Made by a program: the position numbers and the translations under genes. A DNA stretch of 64,000 nucleotides. Source: an uncultured Actinomycetota bacterium. Lineage in GTDB: Bacteria > Actinomycetota > Actinomycetes > JAFAQI01. The stretch lies in contig CAVYQE010000001.1 of the NCBI GenBank assembly GCA_963770565.1, forward strand, positions 224,001 to 288,000. Direction: 5' to 3'. Positions 11,516 through 22,626 of the stretch are shown piece after piece (position 1 is the stretch's first letter; each line of letters starts with the position of its first letter). Below the pieces are notes generated by a model. That model was not told the DNA's origin and ran no database searches. It saw only the letters and a list, made by a program, of their open reading frames with translations.

Positions 11516-13998
11516 CTTCCTATCGATCGATCCATGCCGCCAAAGCTTCACACCTTCGCACCTTCGCACCTCATCCCGCCTCGGCAGGCCGGCGGAATCG
11601 AAGAAAGTCGTGACCGGCGATCCGCTCAAGAATCCCGTTTCAATCCGCCGCCGGTCTTTCGACCGGCGGAATCGGGCGACCATCTGGAACACGTAAACGC
11701 CCAGTTTCAATCCGCCGCCGGTCTTTCGACCGGCGGAATCGTCCGTGTAGAGGATGATGCTCGAGTAGACAAAGTGTTTCAATCCGCCGCCGGTCTTTCG
11801 ACCGGCGGAATCGCCGTAGTCGCGGGCGTCGGCCTCGGCTTGCAAACGGGTTTCAATCCGCCGCCGGTCTTTCGACCGGCGGAATCCACAAACGGCTGTA
11901 TCAATTCTTCGCCGACGGCTGTTTCAATCCGCCGCCGGTCTTTCGACCGGCGGAATCAGCCTTATGCCGTAAGGAGTTACGGAAATGGTTGCAAGTTTCA
12001 ATCCGCCGCCGGTCTTTCGACCGGCGGAATCGGTTCAGTTCCTCGGCGTCAATCGCAAGCCGCAAGGTTTCAATCCGCCGCCGGTCTTGCGACCGGCGGA
12101 ATCCCGGAGGAGGTTGACCGGGCCATGGCGAACGGTCGTTTCAATCCGCCGCCGGTCTTTCGACCGGCGGAATCCGTGCGTTGCAGAGTGTGACCGCCGG
12201 GCTTGCGTGTTTCAATCCGCCGCCGGTCTTTCGACCGGCGGAATCTATGCTCTACATCCTCGCCAATCGATCAAACTTTCGTTTCAATCCGCCGCCGGTC
12301 TTTCGACCGGCGGAATCGATAAATCCGACGCTGCCCGGCTCGAGAACGCCAGTTTCAATCCGCCGCCGGTCTTGCGACCGGCGGAATCCGTCACGCTGCG
12401 CATGGCTAGCGGCACGATCGACGTTTCAATCCGCCGCCGGTCACGCGACCGGCGGAATCCGTGGAACGGACGCAGCCGCGTCTCGCTTCACTTGTTTCAA
12501 TCCGCCGCCGGTCACGCGACCGGCGGAATCGCCTACGCCCCTTAACTCTCTGAGGTGATTTATGTTTCAATCCGCCGCCGGTCATTCGACCGGCGGAATC
12601 GTCGCGCCGATCAGTGCACCAATCACGGGCCGAATACACGTTTCAATCCGCCGCCGGTCATGCGACCGGCGGAATCGATGTTCGTTGGCAACGTCGCCGC
12701 GCGGCGGCCAAGCTGGTTTCAATCCGCCGCCGGTCACGCGACCGGCGGAATCGGACGGATAACACGTCGAGCATCTCGCAAGCGGTTTCAATCCGCCGCC
12801 GGTCACGCGACCGGCGGAATCTGACCGCTGAGGCTTTATGATCCTCAGCTCAAGATGTTTCAATCCGCCGCCGGTCTTTGACCGGCGGAATCAGTAGCAG
12901 CGATTTGGGCCGACGGGTGGCAGGGGGTTTCAATCCGCCGCCGGTCACGCGACCGGCGGAATCCTACTATATATAGTGACTAACCGATAAGGCTTGTGTG
13001 TTTCAATCCGCCGCCGGTCACGCGACCGGCGGAATCGCGGGCTGCGAATCGGCCTGCTCGACGATCTATGGTTTCTCCGCCGCCGTCGTCGACGCATCGC
13101 ATCACCCGCTGCATGCACTGGATAATGTGTTTCAATCCGCCGCCGGTCTTTCGACCGGCGGAATCGCCGCCGTTGTCCTGCTGCCGCGTGGTCGATACGA
13201 GCGTTTCAATCCGCCGCCGGTCATGCGACCGGCGGAATCGCGGCTGACGGCATGCGACTGTCAAAGAGCAAATCCTGTTTCAATCCGCCGCCGGTCACGC
13301 GACCGGCGGAATCTCAGCTACCAAACGGCCGCACTCTACCCGTTGGCGTTTCAATCCGCCGCCGGTCACTCGACCGGCGGAATCGATCGCAGTGCTGAGT
13401 CACAGCCGTTGATCCATCGGGTTTCAATCCGCCGCCGGTCTCTCGACCGGCGGAATCTCGTCGGGTCGCATACGGCTAGACGATCAGTGATCAGCGTTTC
13501 AATCCGCCGCCGGTCATGCGACCGGCGGAATCGCTGGCTGATTAGACGCCGCCCATAACGGACCGTCCATGTTTCAATCCGCCGCCGGTCTTTCGACCGG
13601 CGGAATCTTGCCACGAACTGAGGACCGTTGAACACGGATTGTTTCAATCCGCCGCCGGTCTTTCGACCGGCGGAATGAGTGCGAACTGATCGAGGACGAG
13701 TGCAATGATGGGTTTCAATCCGCCGCCGGTCTTTCGACCGGCGGAATCGCGAGCGTTTACGGTGGACGCGTCAATTCTCCGGTTTCAATCCGCCGCCGGT
13801 CTTTCGACCGGCGGAATCGGCCCGAGGCCGGTTAGACCGCCGCCTCCTGACCCGGCGAATGGCCTATGGACCGGCTGCATACTCGGGATTTGCTGATTTG
13901 TCCGGTGCAACATCTGGACGCCTGTTCGGCTTGCGGACGCGAAGGAAGCGTGGCAAGCTAGGAGTAGGTGATTTGTGTCCCCTCAACGGAGAATCGCT

Positions 13999-14214
13999 AT
14001 GCGACCACCCCAAAGCAACGTCGAGCAATTGGCAGGCATGTTGGTGAGTATGATCGTCGGAGCGTTCTGCATCGTCTTCATTTCCCCATTTCTTCTGGCT
14101 GTCGCCTTCACCTGGCCTAGAGTCTTTTTGATCGGCTTGGCGGCGCTGCTCTGCACGCTCGCCGGGATTGGGTTCCATCGCCTTTTCCGCCGACTATTCG
14201 TTCGGCGGAATTAG
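13999..14214 (+). CDS. Small two-TM membrane protein inside the CRISPR insert
   Basis: GGAG upstream of ATG; two hydrophobic stretches and a basic tail. Confidence 0.5.
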   Translation: MRPPQSNVEQLAGMLVSMIVGAFCIVFISPFLLAVAFTWPRVFLIGLAALLCTLAGIGFHRLFRRLFVRRN

Positions 14215-14529
14215 ACCGTTGATCCACTCTTCGAAGCTACTCTTAAAAAGCGGCGGATTGCCACCGTTATTGTACTGGATTGGCAGCCAGCTTCCGTCGC
14301 CAGAAATTGCGGTATTCCACGGATTTTCGCGGTAGTTGAAGAATAAATGCACGTCGTAGATATTGTTGCCCTGCCAATCTCCATAAGGGGCAATCACGAC
14401 GGAATCGAACAGCAATGTCAGCGCATCGGCACCAAAAATTGGATTTGCGTTGATCGTACCGCAGTATTTCTGCACTGAGCAGATTGCCGCGTTCGTCAAC
14501 ACCGTGGCCGTGGACGCGTCAATTCTCCG
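14194..14529 (-). CDS. 5'-truncated hypothetical (possibly phage) protein inside the CRISPR insert
   Basis: Open frame from the repeat junction (RRIDASTATVLTNAAIC..WINGLIPPNE); protein-like composition, lower GC. Confidence 0.45.
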   Translation of the reverse strand, partial: RRIDASTATVLTNAAICSVQKYCGTINANPIFGADALTLLFDSVVIAPYGDWQGNNIYDVHLFFNYRENPWNTAISGDGSWLPIQYNNGGNPPLFKSSFEEWINGLIPPNE

Positions 14530-17500
14530 GTTTCAATCCGCCGCCGGTCTTTCGACCGGCGGAATCTTCGGCGGGGCCAGTCATTCGCCGGCCCGTGACG
14601 TTTCAATCCGCCGCCGGTCTTTCGACCGGCGGAATCCGACAGTCGCGGTCGTCTTATTGCAGCAGGCATGGTTTCAATCCGCCGCCGGTCTTTTGACCGG
14701 CGGAATCGCACAGGGCCGGAACATCCGCCAGGGCGGCACGGTTTCAATCCGCCGCCGGTCTTTCGACCGGCGGAATCTCGCCGATCGGACGTCAGCGACT
14801 CGGAACGAAGCGTTTCAATCCGCCGCCGGTCTTTCGACCGGCGGAATCGGAAGTGCCGTCGATGCACGTCAGCCCGCTGTGTTTCAATCCGCCGCCGGTC
14901 TTTCGACCGGCGGAATCGCGGCGACCGATTCTATCGCCGCGAGCATCGTGGTTTCAATCCGCCGCCGGTCTTTTGACCGGCGGAATCCGGCTCCGCGTGA
15001 CTTTAGCCATTCAGCGGGTCATGTTTCAATCCGCCGCCGGTCTTTTGACCGGCGGAATCGCCGAACGAAATGCCCTGCCGGATCAACAGCAGTTTCAATC
15101 CGCCGCCGGTCTTTCGACCGGCGGAATCATCTGTGAGCCGCGTGATCCATTCCAGTCGATGTTTCAATCCGCCGCCGGTCTTTCGACCGGCGGAATCGCC
15201 GAACGCACACGGTGTCGCGAGGAGCCGCTCGTTTCAATCCGCCGCCGGTCTTTCGACCGGCGGAATCGGTGCATGATCTGCACTGCCAGGCCTTGCGGAT
15301 GGTTTCAATCCGCCGCCGGTCTTTCGACCGGCGGAATCGCTCGTCAACTCGTCGCGGCAATGCGAACGGCAATCGTTTCAATCCGCCGCCGGTCTTTTGA
15401 CCGGCGGAATCTCTCTTGCGGCGGGATGCACGGCATCGTGATCGGGTTTCAATCCGCCGCCGGTCTTTCGACCGGCGGAATCGGGGCCCGCGTCGAACGC
15501 TCCGCTCGCTCCAAATGTTTCAATCCGCCGCCGGTCTTTCGACCGGCGGAATCGCCGACTTCGTCGAGCGGGCGATGGTCGTGGATTGTTTCAATCCGCC
15601 GCCGGTCTTTTGACCGGCGGAATCCGAGGATGCGGCTATGCAGCTGCGACGAATCGAGACGTTTCAATCCGCCGCCGGTCTTTCGACCGGCGGAATCGCA
15701 TAGCCGCCAAGGGGACCGACGCGGGCTGTCGGTTTCAATCCGCCGCCGGTCTTTCGACCGGCGGAATCCGACACGTTAGCATCGTGCCGATGACGCCTCC
15801 GAGTTTCAATCCGCCGCCGGTCTTTCGACCGGCGGAATCCATCCGTCCGCCAAGGGGTGAACTGATCAGTAGTTTCAATCCGCCGCCGGTCTTCGACCGG
15901 CGGAATCCGGCCATAATCCCGCACGAAAGTTAAGGCCGTTAGTTTCAATCCGCCGCCGGTCTTTCGACCGGCGGAATCGGCTTCATATCCGAATGTCTCG
16001 AATTGGAAAAGTTTCAATCCGCCGCCGGTCTTTCGACCGGCGGAATCCGATGCTCGGCTGAGTTGTAGAGGATTCCGGTTTCAATCCGCCGCCGGTCTTT
16101 CGACCGGCGGAATCGGTGCGTCGAACGCGGGATCGCTGACGTCACGGTTTCAATCCGCCGCCGGTCTTTCGACCGGCGGAATCTGCTGGCGTTCGATCGG
16201 CACTTCGCCGCGCAGTAGGGTTTCAATCCGCCGCCGGTCTTGCGACCGGCGGAATCAAGGTGATACGCACGTGGAAGGACTGATTGCGGTTTCAATCCGC
16301 CGCCGGTCTTTCGACCGGCGGAATCGCTGAATCTAAACGCAGATAATCTGACCGGCGGTCGTTTCAATCCGCCGCCGGTCTTTCGACCGGCGGAATCTTG
16401 ACTCTCGACCGCGATGCAAGCGGAGCTATCAGTTTCAATCCGCCGCCGGTCATTCGACCGGCGGAATCGGAGACCCTTGACGCCGCCGCGCCGAGAAGTT
16501 TCAATCCGCCGCCGGTCTTTCGACCGGCGGAATCGAATGGTGTTCATCGCCGATAACATGCCACTCGATGTTTCAATCCGCCGCCGGTCTTTCGACCGGC
16601 GGAATCGGCGAGACGAACAGCGAAGACTTCAACCGACAGTTTCAATCCGCCGCCGGTCTTTCGACCGGCGGAATCCGCCGGTCATGTCGGCGATCCGGCG
16701 GAATCCCGGTCGAATTCGGCAATGTTTCAATCCGCCGCCGGTCTTTCGACCGGCGGAATCCGGCATCCGTAAGCAATTGCCTCGCCGGTTCATGTTTCAA
16801 TCCGCCGCCGGTCTTTTGACCGGCGGAATCCAAATTGCCACTCGCATGGTGAGTAGGTGTTTCAATCCGCCGCCGGTCTTTCGACCGGCGGAATCAACTG
16901 CGTGCCCGGAGACGATACGAAGTTTCAATCCGCCGCCGGTCTTTCGACCGGCGGAATCGGCAGCACCGTCGATCACCGCTCAAACAGGTTTCAATCCGCC
17001 GCCGGTCTTTCGACCGGCGGAATCGATGGCGGTTTACTTCGCCGTCCCGAGCGCCACGGTTTCAATCCGCCGCCGGTCTTTCGACCGGCGGAATCGGGTT
17101 GTCACCATCGCGAAACCTGGAAATCAATGTTTCAATCCGCCGCCGGTCTTTCGACCGGCGGAATCGAGTGCTGCGCAGTTCTCACGGGTAGACGCAGGTT
17201 GTTTCAATCCGCCGCCGGTCTTTCGACCGGCGGAATCGCGATCGGACTCACTCTGCCGTATAGAATCCGGCGTGTTTCAATCCGCCGCCGGTCTTTCGAC
17301 CGGCGGAATCAGTGCAGATCGCAGATCATCGTCGCAACGTCAGCGATGGTTTCAATCCGCCGCCGGTCTTTCGACCGGCGGAATCGCGACGCCACTCCGA
17401 GCTACGATTTGCACGATGTTTCAATCCGCCGCCGGTCTTTCGACCGGCGGAATCCGAGCTCGAATCACGGCGAAATTGCTCGATGGATGTTTCAATCCGC

Positions 17501-19083
17501 CGCCGGTCTTTCGACCGGCGGAATCAGCATTCGAGCACATCAAACGTCCTAGGCGTATCTGTTTCAATCCGCCGCCGGTCTTTCGACCGGCGGAATCGTG
17601 ACGTGCATGTGTCTTCCCGATTTCCGCAGCTGTTTCAATCCGCCGCCGGTCTTTCGACCGGCGGAATCTCGACCGCTCCGTGACTTTGCACAGCACTGAA
17701 CGTTTCAATCCGCCGCCGGTCTTTCGACCGGCGGAATCGCGTGCGCGGTTCGCAGTGGCAAGATAGTTTCTGTTTCAATCCGCCGCCGGTCTTTCGACCG
17801 GCGGAATCGTCTCCGCAACGGTCGTCATGCCGACGTCGATGTTTCAATCCGCCGCCGGTCTTTCGACCGGCGGAATCTCTGTCTCGCGGTCAGCCACGCC
17901 GATTTGTAAGTTTCAATCCGCCGCCGGTCTTTCGACCGGCGGAATCGCTCTGTGTTGGAATGCGCTGACAGATGATCCGTTTCAATCCGCCGCCGGTCTT
18001 TCGACCGGCGGAATCGTCGGCACCGATCTTTCGATGCATCATGTTCTTATGTTTCAATCCGCCGCCGGTCTTTCGACCGGCGGAATCGCGGCGTGGAGTT
18101 ATCAGGCCGACGTCGAGCTTGTTTCAATCCGCCGCCGGTCTTTCGACCGGCGGAATCCGGCGACTGTGCACGCCATGCCGACATGGCAACGAGGTTTCAA
18201 TCCGCCGCCGGTCTTTCGACCGGCGGAATCGGCCGGACAGATATCTGTTACGACTGTCGATCGAACTGTTTCAATCCGCCGCCGGTCTTTCGACCGGCGG
18301 AATCGGCGGCATTGAACGCCGAAGCCGTTGACTGCTGCTGTTTCAATCCGCCGCCGGTCTTTCGACCGGCGGAATCGGTCGCAGTCGCGGCATGAATCGC
18401 ACATCAGACGAAGTTTCAATCCGCCGCCGGTCTTTCGACCGGCGGAATGCGACACCGGAACGCGATCTGCGCGCGATGTAGATGTTTCAATCCGCCGCCG
18501 GTCTTTCGACCGGCGGAATCGGCGGCAAGTCGGGCAGACACGTCGGAGATACAGTTTCAATCCGCCGCCGGTCTTTCGACCGGCGGAATCATAGCTGACC
18601 GCAGCATCGACCGCAAGCGCCGTAGCATCGTTTCAATCCGCCGCCGGTCTTTCGACCGGCGGAATCGAGCTCGAGCGTCGAACATGTCGAGCTGTACACA
18701 TGTTTCAATCCGCCGCCGGTCTTTCGACCGGCGGAATCGCCGGTGCACTGCTGATCGGACGCCGTGTCAGATGTTTCAATCCGCCGCCGGTCTTTCGACC
18801 GGCGGAATCGCTGATTCGTCCACTGGCGGACGATCCACTACATTGTTTCAATCCGCCGCCGGTCTTTCGACCGGCGGAATCGCGTCGCTGCTCATTCTGC
18901 CGGCAGTTCTGCATGTTTCAATCCGCCGCCGGTCTTTCGACCGGCGGAATCGTCGTGCCATCGCGTGAACCATGTCGAAATGTTTCAATCCGCCGCCGGT
19001 CTTTCGACCGGCGGAATCTGAAGGTGATTCGGCTCGGCGGCACTTCGTTTCAATCCGCCGCCGGTCTTTCGACCGGCGGAATC

Positions 19084-19290
19084 CGCTGGCTTCCCAAGTC
19101 GAAGGCTGGCAATCGGTTGCGCTGGTCAATCGCGGACCTCCAGCAGCGCGGGGCAATCGCCGTTTTGTCGCAGCCATGTCGTCGCCCTAACTCGAGAAGA
19201 ATGCCCGACTTGCAGCTTCCGCGAACTCCCCGGCAAAATCGCCGGCGCTTGGGGTCCGCGAACGGCCGATCGGCCGGGCCAGCAGTGCCG
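19084..19290 (-). promoter_or_regulatory. CRISPR leader
   Basis: Non-coding gap between cas2 and the first repeat; inverted TCGCGGACC/GGTCCGCGA motifs at about 19130 and 19253. Confidence 0.7.
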
Positions 19291-19293
19291 CCA

Positions 19294-19575
19294 TCATATC
19301 ACGAGCGGGCCGTCCATGTCGGTCGGCTCGTGCGCCATGATGTTCGACACGCGTATCGCCGTCGAGGAAGTAGAAGCGGAGCGAGTCCTCGCGCGCCTCG
19401 ATCAATCCCACCAGCCGGGGCGCAATCGCACCCACTCCGTCGTCCCGACAAGGCACTCGAAAACCGACTTCTGTACTCGCTGCCCAAAGTCCTCGCAACA
19501 TTGGGCCACCTGCCGCAGCCGCTTGCAGCCCGCGGGAGTCGCCGTCGCCACGTCGTAAACGATGAGAACTTTCAT
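19294..19575 (-). CDS. cas2: CRISPR-associated Cas2 (frameshifted)
   Basis: MKVLIVYDV..KRLRQVAQCCEDFGQRVQKSVFEC..DSLRFYFL. Confidence 0.95.
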
Positions 19576-19681
19576 GGTTCGCCGTAGACCATCGCCGCCA
19601 TGAGGCAATACTTATGCGCCGCGTCGCAAACGATGGGGACGTTCATGGTTCGCCGGCCTCCGCGGCCCCCAGCCTTGCCGC

Positions 19682-20716
19682 TCAGTTCTTGGGGACGAAC
19701 GGAACGTAATCGGCCAAATCGCCGCGGATGTGCCGCGCCAGAATGCGGGCTTGCAAAAAGGGCATGCGGCCGAACGTCGTCTTCTGCGCGAGCAGCGGAT
19801 GCATCAACTCCTCGCGCTTTCGCCGGTGATACTCCGCGAGCACGATGCGCCGCGTCGCGTCGTTCATCTCGACGCTGCCGCCGTCGCGCGTCGTGAATCC
19901 CTCGGCCTTGACCTGCTGCCGATTGACCAGGGCCAGCGCCAGCCGATCGGCCGCCAGCGCGCGGAACTCCTCCATGAGATCGAGCGCCAAGCCGGGCCGG
20001 CCGGGTCGATCGACGTGCAGGAACCCGACATTTGGATCGAGTCCCGCCGCCGCCGCCGCCGACACGCAATCGTTCAACAACATGCCGTACAGAAACGACA
20101 ACAGCGCGTTCATCGGATCGAGCGGGGGTCGGCGCGACCGCCCCTTGGGCGCGAACGTCGCACGCTCGTTGCGGACGAGGGCGGGAAACGCGGCAAAATA
20201 GTTTCGGGCGGCATCCCCTTCATACCCGCGAACCGAATCGACGGACTCCGCGACCGGCAACCGGGGAATGGCGTCGGCCAGCCGCGCGGCGGCTTGTTGC
20301 AGGGCTTGCCGATCGCCCGCGTCGTCGGTCTCGCGGGCGCCGCGGAGGATCAGATTGCGGCAGTTGTGAATTTTGCCGGCCACGACCTGGGCCGTGATTT
20401 GCCGGATGCGATCCGGCAGGCTGGCCAAGCGAAATTGCTCGCGGCGGAGCAGAACGTTCCCCGAGCCGGGGGCGTCGACGCGGGCCCGCAGCCGGCCCGA
20501 CTCGGTGAGGAAATTGACGGCCACTCCGTTATCCGCGCAGAGGCCCATCGCGCCGGGCGTGACATGCACGCCGCCGAACGCAGCCACCGATTCCAATTGA
20601 TGCACGGGGACCGCGAGCTTCACCTTGCGCTCGACGACGACTTGCAGGGTGAGATGGTCGCGGCGGATCGACGATCCGCGCGTCACGACATAGAGCGTGT
20701 TGAGTTGGATTTCCAT
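19682..20716 (-). CDS. cas1: Type I-C Cas1
   Basis: LNTLYV, SGNVLLRREQF, RGYEGDAA, RSRRPPLDPMNALLSFLY, LALDLMEEFR. Confidence 0.98.
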   Translation of the reverse strand: MEIQLNTLYVVTRGSSIRRDHLTLQVVVERKVKLAVPVHQLESVAAFGGVHVTPGAMGLCADNGVAVNFLTESGRLRARVDAPGSGNVLLRREQFRLASLPDRIRQITAQVVAGKIHNCRNLILRGARETDDAGDRQALQQAAARLADAIPRLPVAESVDSVRGYEGDAARNYFAAFPALVRNERATFAPKGRSRRPPLDPMNALLSFLYGMLLNDCVSAAAAAGLDPNVGFLHVDRPGRPGLALDLMEEFRALAADRLALALVNRQQVKAEGFTTRDGGSVEMNDATRRIVLAEYHRRKREELMHPLLAQKTTFGRMPFLQARILARHIRGDLADYVPFVPKN

Positions 20717-20722
20717 GGCGGA

Positions 20723-21602
20723 TCACTTCGATGGGAGAACCTCGCCGGCCGCGTCGCCGACGGTGAACAATTCGGCTGCCGCTCGGCGATAGGCCGCCGG
20801 GGCGGAGACCAATTCCGGCAAGCAAAGTGCATACAGCGAGCATTGCCGGCATTTCGGGTGCAGGATCGGCGGGGGCGTGACGCCGCAGGCGAGCAGCTCA
20901 TGCAAGCGGGCGGCGGCGTCGCTCGTTTTGCGGCGCAGCGATGCATCGAAGGCGACGTCGCGCCGCCGCCGAGATTTGACGTGGAAAATCGCCCCCCGCG
21001 GCACGAACACGCCCAGCATTTCCTCGAGGCAGATCGCCTGGGCACAGAGCTGCACGTCGTCGTTGTCCCACTTCCGCCTCTTCCCGCGCTTGTACTCGAT
21101 GGGAAACGGCGTCTCGGCGGCGTCCTGGGGAAACAGCGGCGGCGGCGGGCCATGGAGCGGGGTTCGCCAAGATTCCAAGCCGGAGTCGCGCGGCTTGTTG
21201 CGCGGCGGGACAACTCCCTCACCCCCGTTCGACAAGCTCGCGGCAGGCAGGCCCTCTGTCGTCAAGGGAGAGGGAGCGGACAAGGGGGAACTCGAAATAT
21301 TCCCGGCCGGACCTTCGTTTGGCGGCGGATGAAACTCGACCAGATCGGCCACGCCGACCAGCCGCAGCCGATGACTCACCAGCCGCAGCCCGCGCCGTTC
21401 GAAACGGCACCTCCTCGGCATCCCGCGGCTCATGCGCCCGCCGATGATCGAGTGTCCCCGCCTGGGTGTGCATATTCTCGACCCAAATCCCCTCCAGCCG
21501 ATGCAGCGCGCACCGCCGCGGGCAGAACAACAGATCGTTCAACGCCGAAAGCGGCGGATAGTCGTCGGAAACGGCATTGGTCGTGGCGGGATCGCTCGAC
21601 AT
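20723..21602 (-). CDS. cas4: Cas4 exonuclease with internal low-complexity insertion
   Basis: LSALNDLLFCPRRCAL, GVADLVEF, PIEYKRGK, QLCAQAICLEEM, KCRQCSLYALCLP. Confidence 0.93.
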
Positions 21603-21651
21603 GGTCTCGCATCTCCACGGGGCTGAAACCGGTTTTGCACCGCCGCAACCT

Positions 21652-22586
21652 TCAGCCAACCATCCTGTGCAACCTAACGCCAGCGGGCAAGTCTTTCTCG
21701 TCGATTGCGATTTGCGGCCGATAATCGTCAAAGCCGCGAGGGGCCTTATCGGGGCCGAGAGCGGGGGTTCGGATACGGGCGAACAAGTCTGCGCCGGCGC
21801 GGCGCCGAGAGGCGAATCGTGCTCGAAGACATACAGCCCGCGAGTACACATCAAGCCGCGGCTGGCCGAACGATCGATTTCCCACATCACTCCTTTGAGC
21901 GCCGACCAAAGCAATTCCAGATCGGCGTCGGAGAAGCCGGTATCGCGAGCCAAATACGGGCTGACGAAGCCGTGGCAGCGATAGAGCGCGTAAGGGATCG
22001 TATTCTTGCGGCCCATGGTTCCCGTAATGCTGCCGTCCTTTTCGGATTGTTTTTTGGCCTCATCTTCGGTCGTAACGGACTTTCTTGTAATCGAAAACTC
22101 CAGCGGAACGATCACGTCGAGGGAGCGCGCGAATGTGATCTGGACGGGGCCGCGAACTTGGCCGCAGTTCACCCCGGTTGTCATCACAGCACCGAAAGCG
22201 CGGATGTCGTAGAAGTTCTCGCACATCCAATGGCGAGCCTTGCCGGTGTTTTCGGCTTTCTTTCTGGCGTCCTTTTCATCGGCGGCGCCGACGGCGGCAT
22301 GGGCTCGCTGGTGCTGGAGATTAAGAACCCGTTTCTCGTAGACCGCATCCTGCGTCTGAAAGTAGAGTTCGCAACCCGGGCGATTCTCGGCCAATACCGA
22401 GATGGCGTTGCGAATCTTCCGCTTCAAGCAACCATCCGTGACCAGACCTTGGAGCGATTGCGGATCGATGCGCGGCATGTTGCCGGAATCCGGATCGCCA
22501 TTGGGATTGCCGTCCAAAACGTCGAAAAGAAACGCGAAATCGTATCGCCGTGAAACGGGAAGGGCCGAAGTTGCTACTGTCGCCAT
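21652..22586 (-). CDS. cas7: Cas7c/Csd2 backbone subunit
   Basis: FDVLDGNPNGDPDSGNMPRID, FYDIRAFGAV, GQVRGPVQ, TMGRK. Confidence 0.97.
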
Positions 22587-22626
22587 AATGGAATTCTCCA
22601 AATGAGGATGGTCCGTGGTTGTTTAC

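Larger units (their letters stand above)
11637..19083 (-). CRISPR. Type I-C CRISPR array, 37-bp repeat GATTCCGCCGGTCGAAAGACCGGCGGCGGATTGAAAC, about 95 repeats by hand count, interrupted at 13819-14529
   Basis: Regular repeats with mostly 28-39 nt unique spacers, 9-bp stem, ATTGAAAC 3' end, adjacent to cas2; degenerate terminal repeat near 11566-11599. Confidence 0.99.

Noticed and set aside
13037-13128. Apparent 92-bp spacer
   Set aside because: It contains a garbled repeat (GTTTCTCCGCCGCCGTCGTCGACGCATC) at about 13071, so it is two normal spacers around a damaged or misread repeat.
14671-16830. Scattered TTTT loop variants of the repeat
   Set aside because: Single C-to-T change next to a T run, with no clustering; most simply a base-calling error.
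11637-19083. Self-targeting spacers
   Set aside because: No full match to this window was noticed by eye apart from the 20-nt insert overlap; a real search is needed.
11534-19190. Many ORFs with FQSAAGLSTGGI / FNPPPVFRPAES / VSIRRRSFDRRN repeats
   Set aside because: These are translations of the CRISPR repeat in its three frames.
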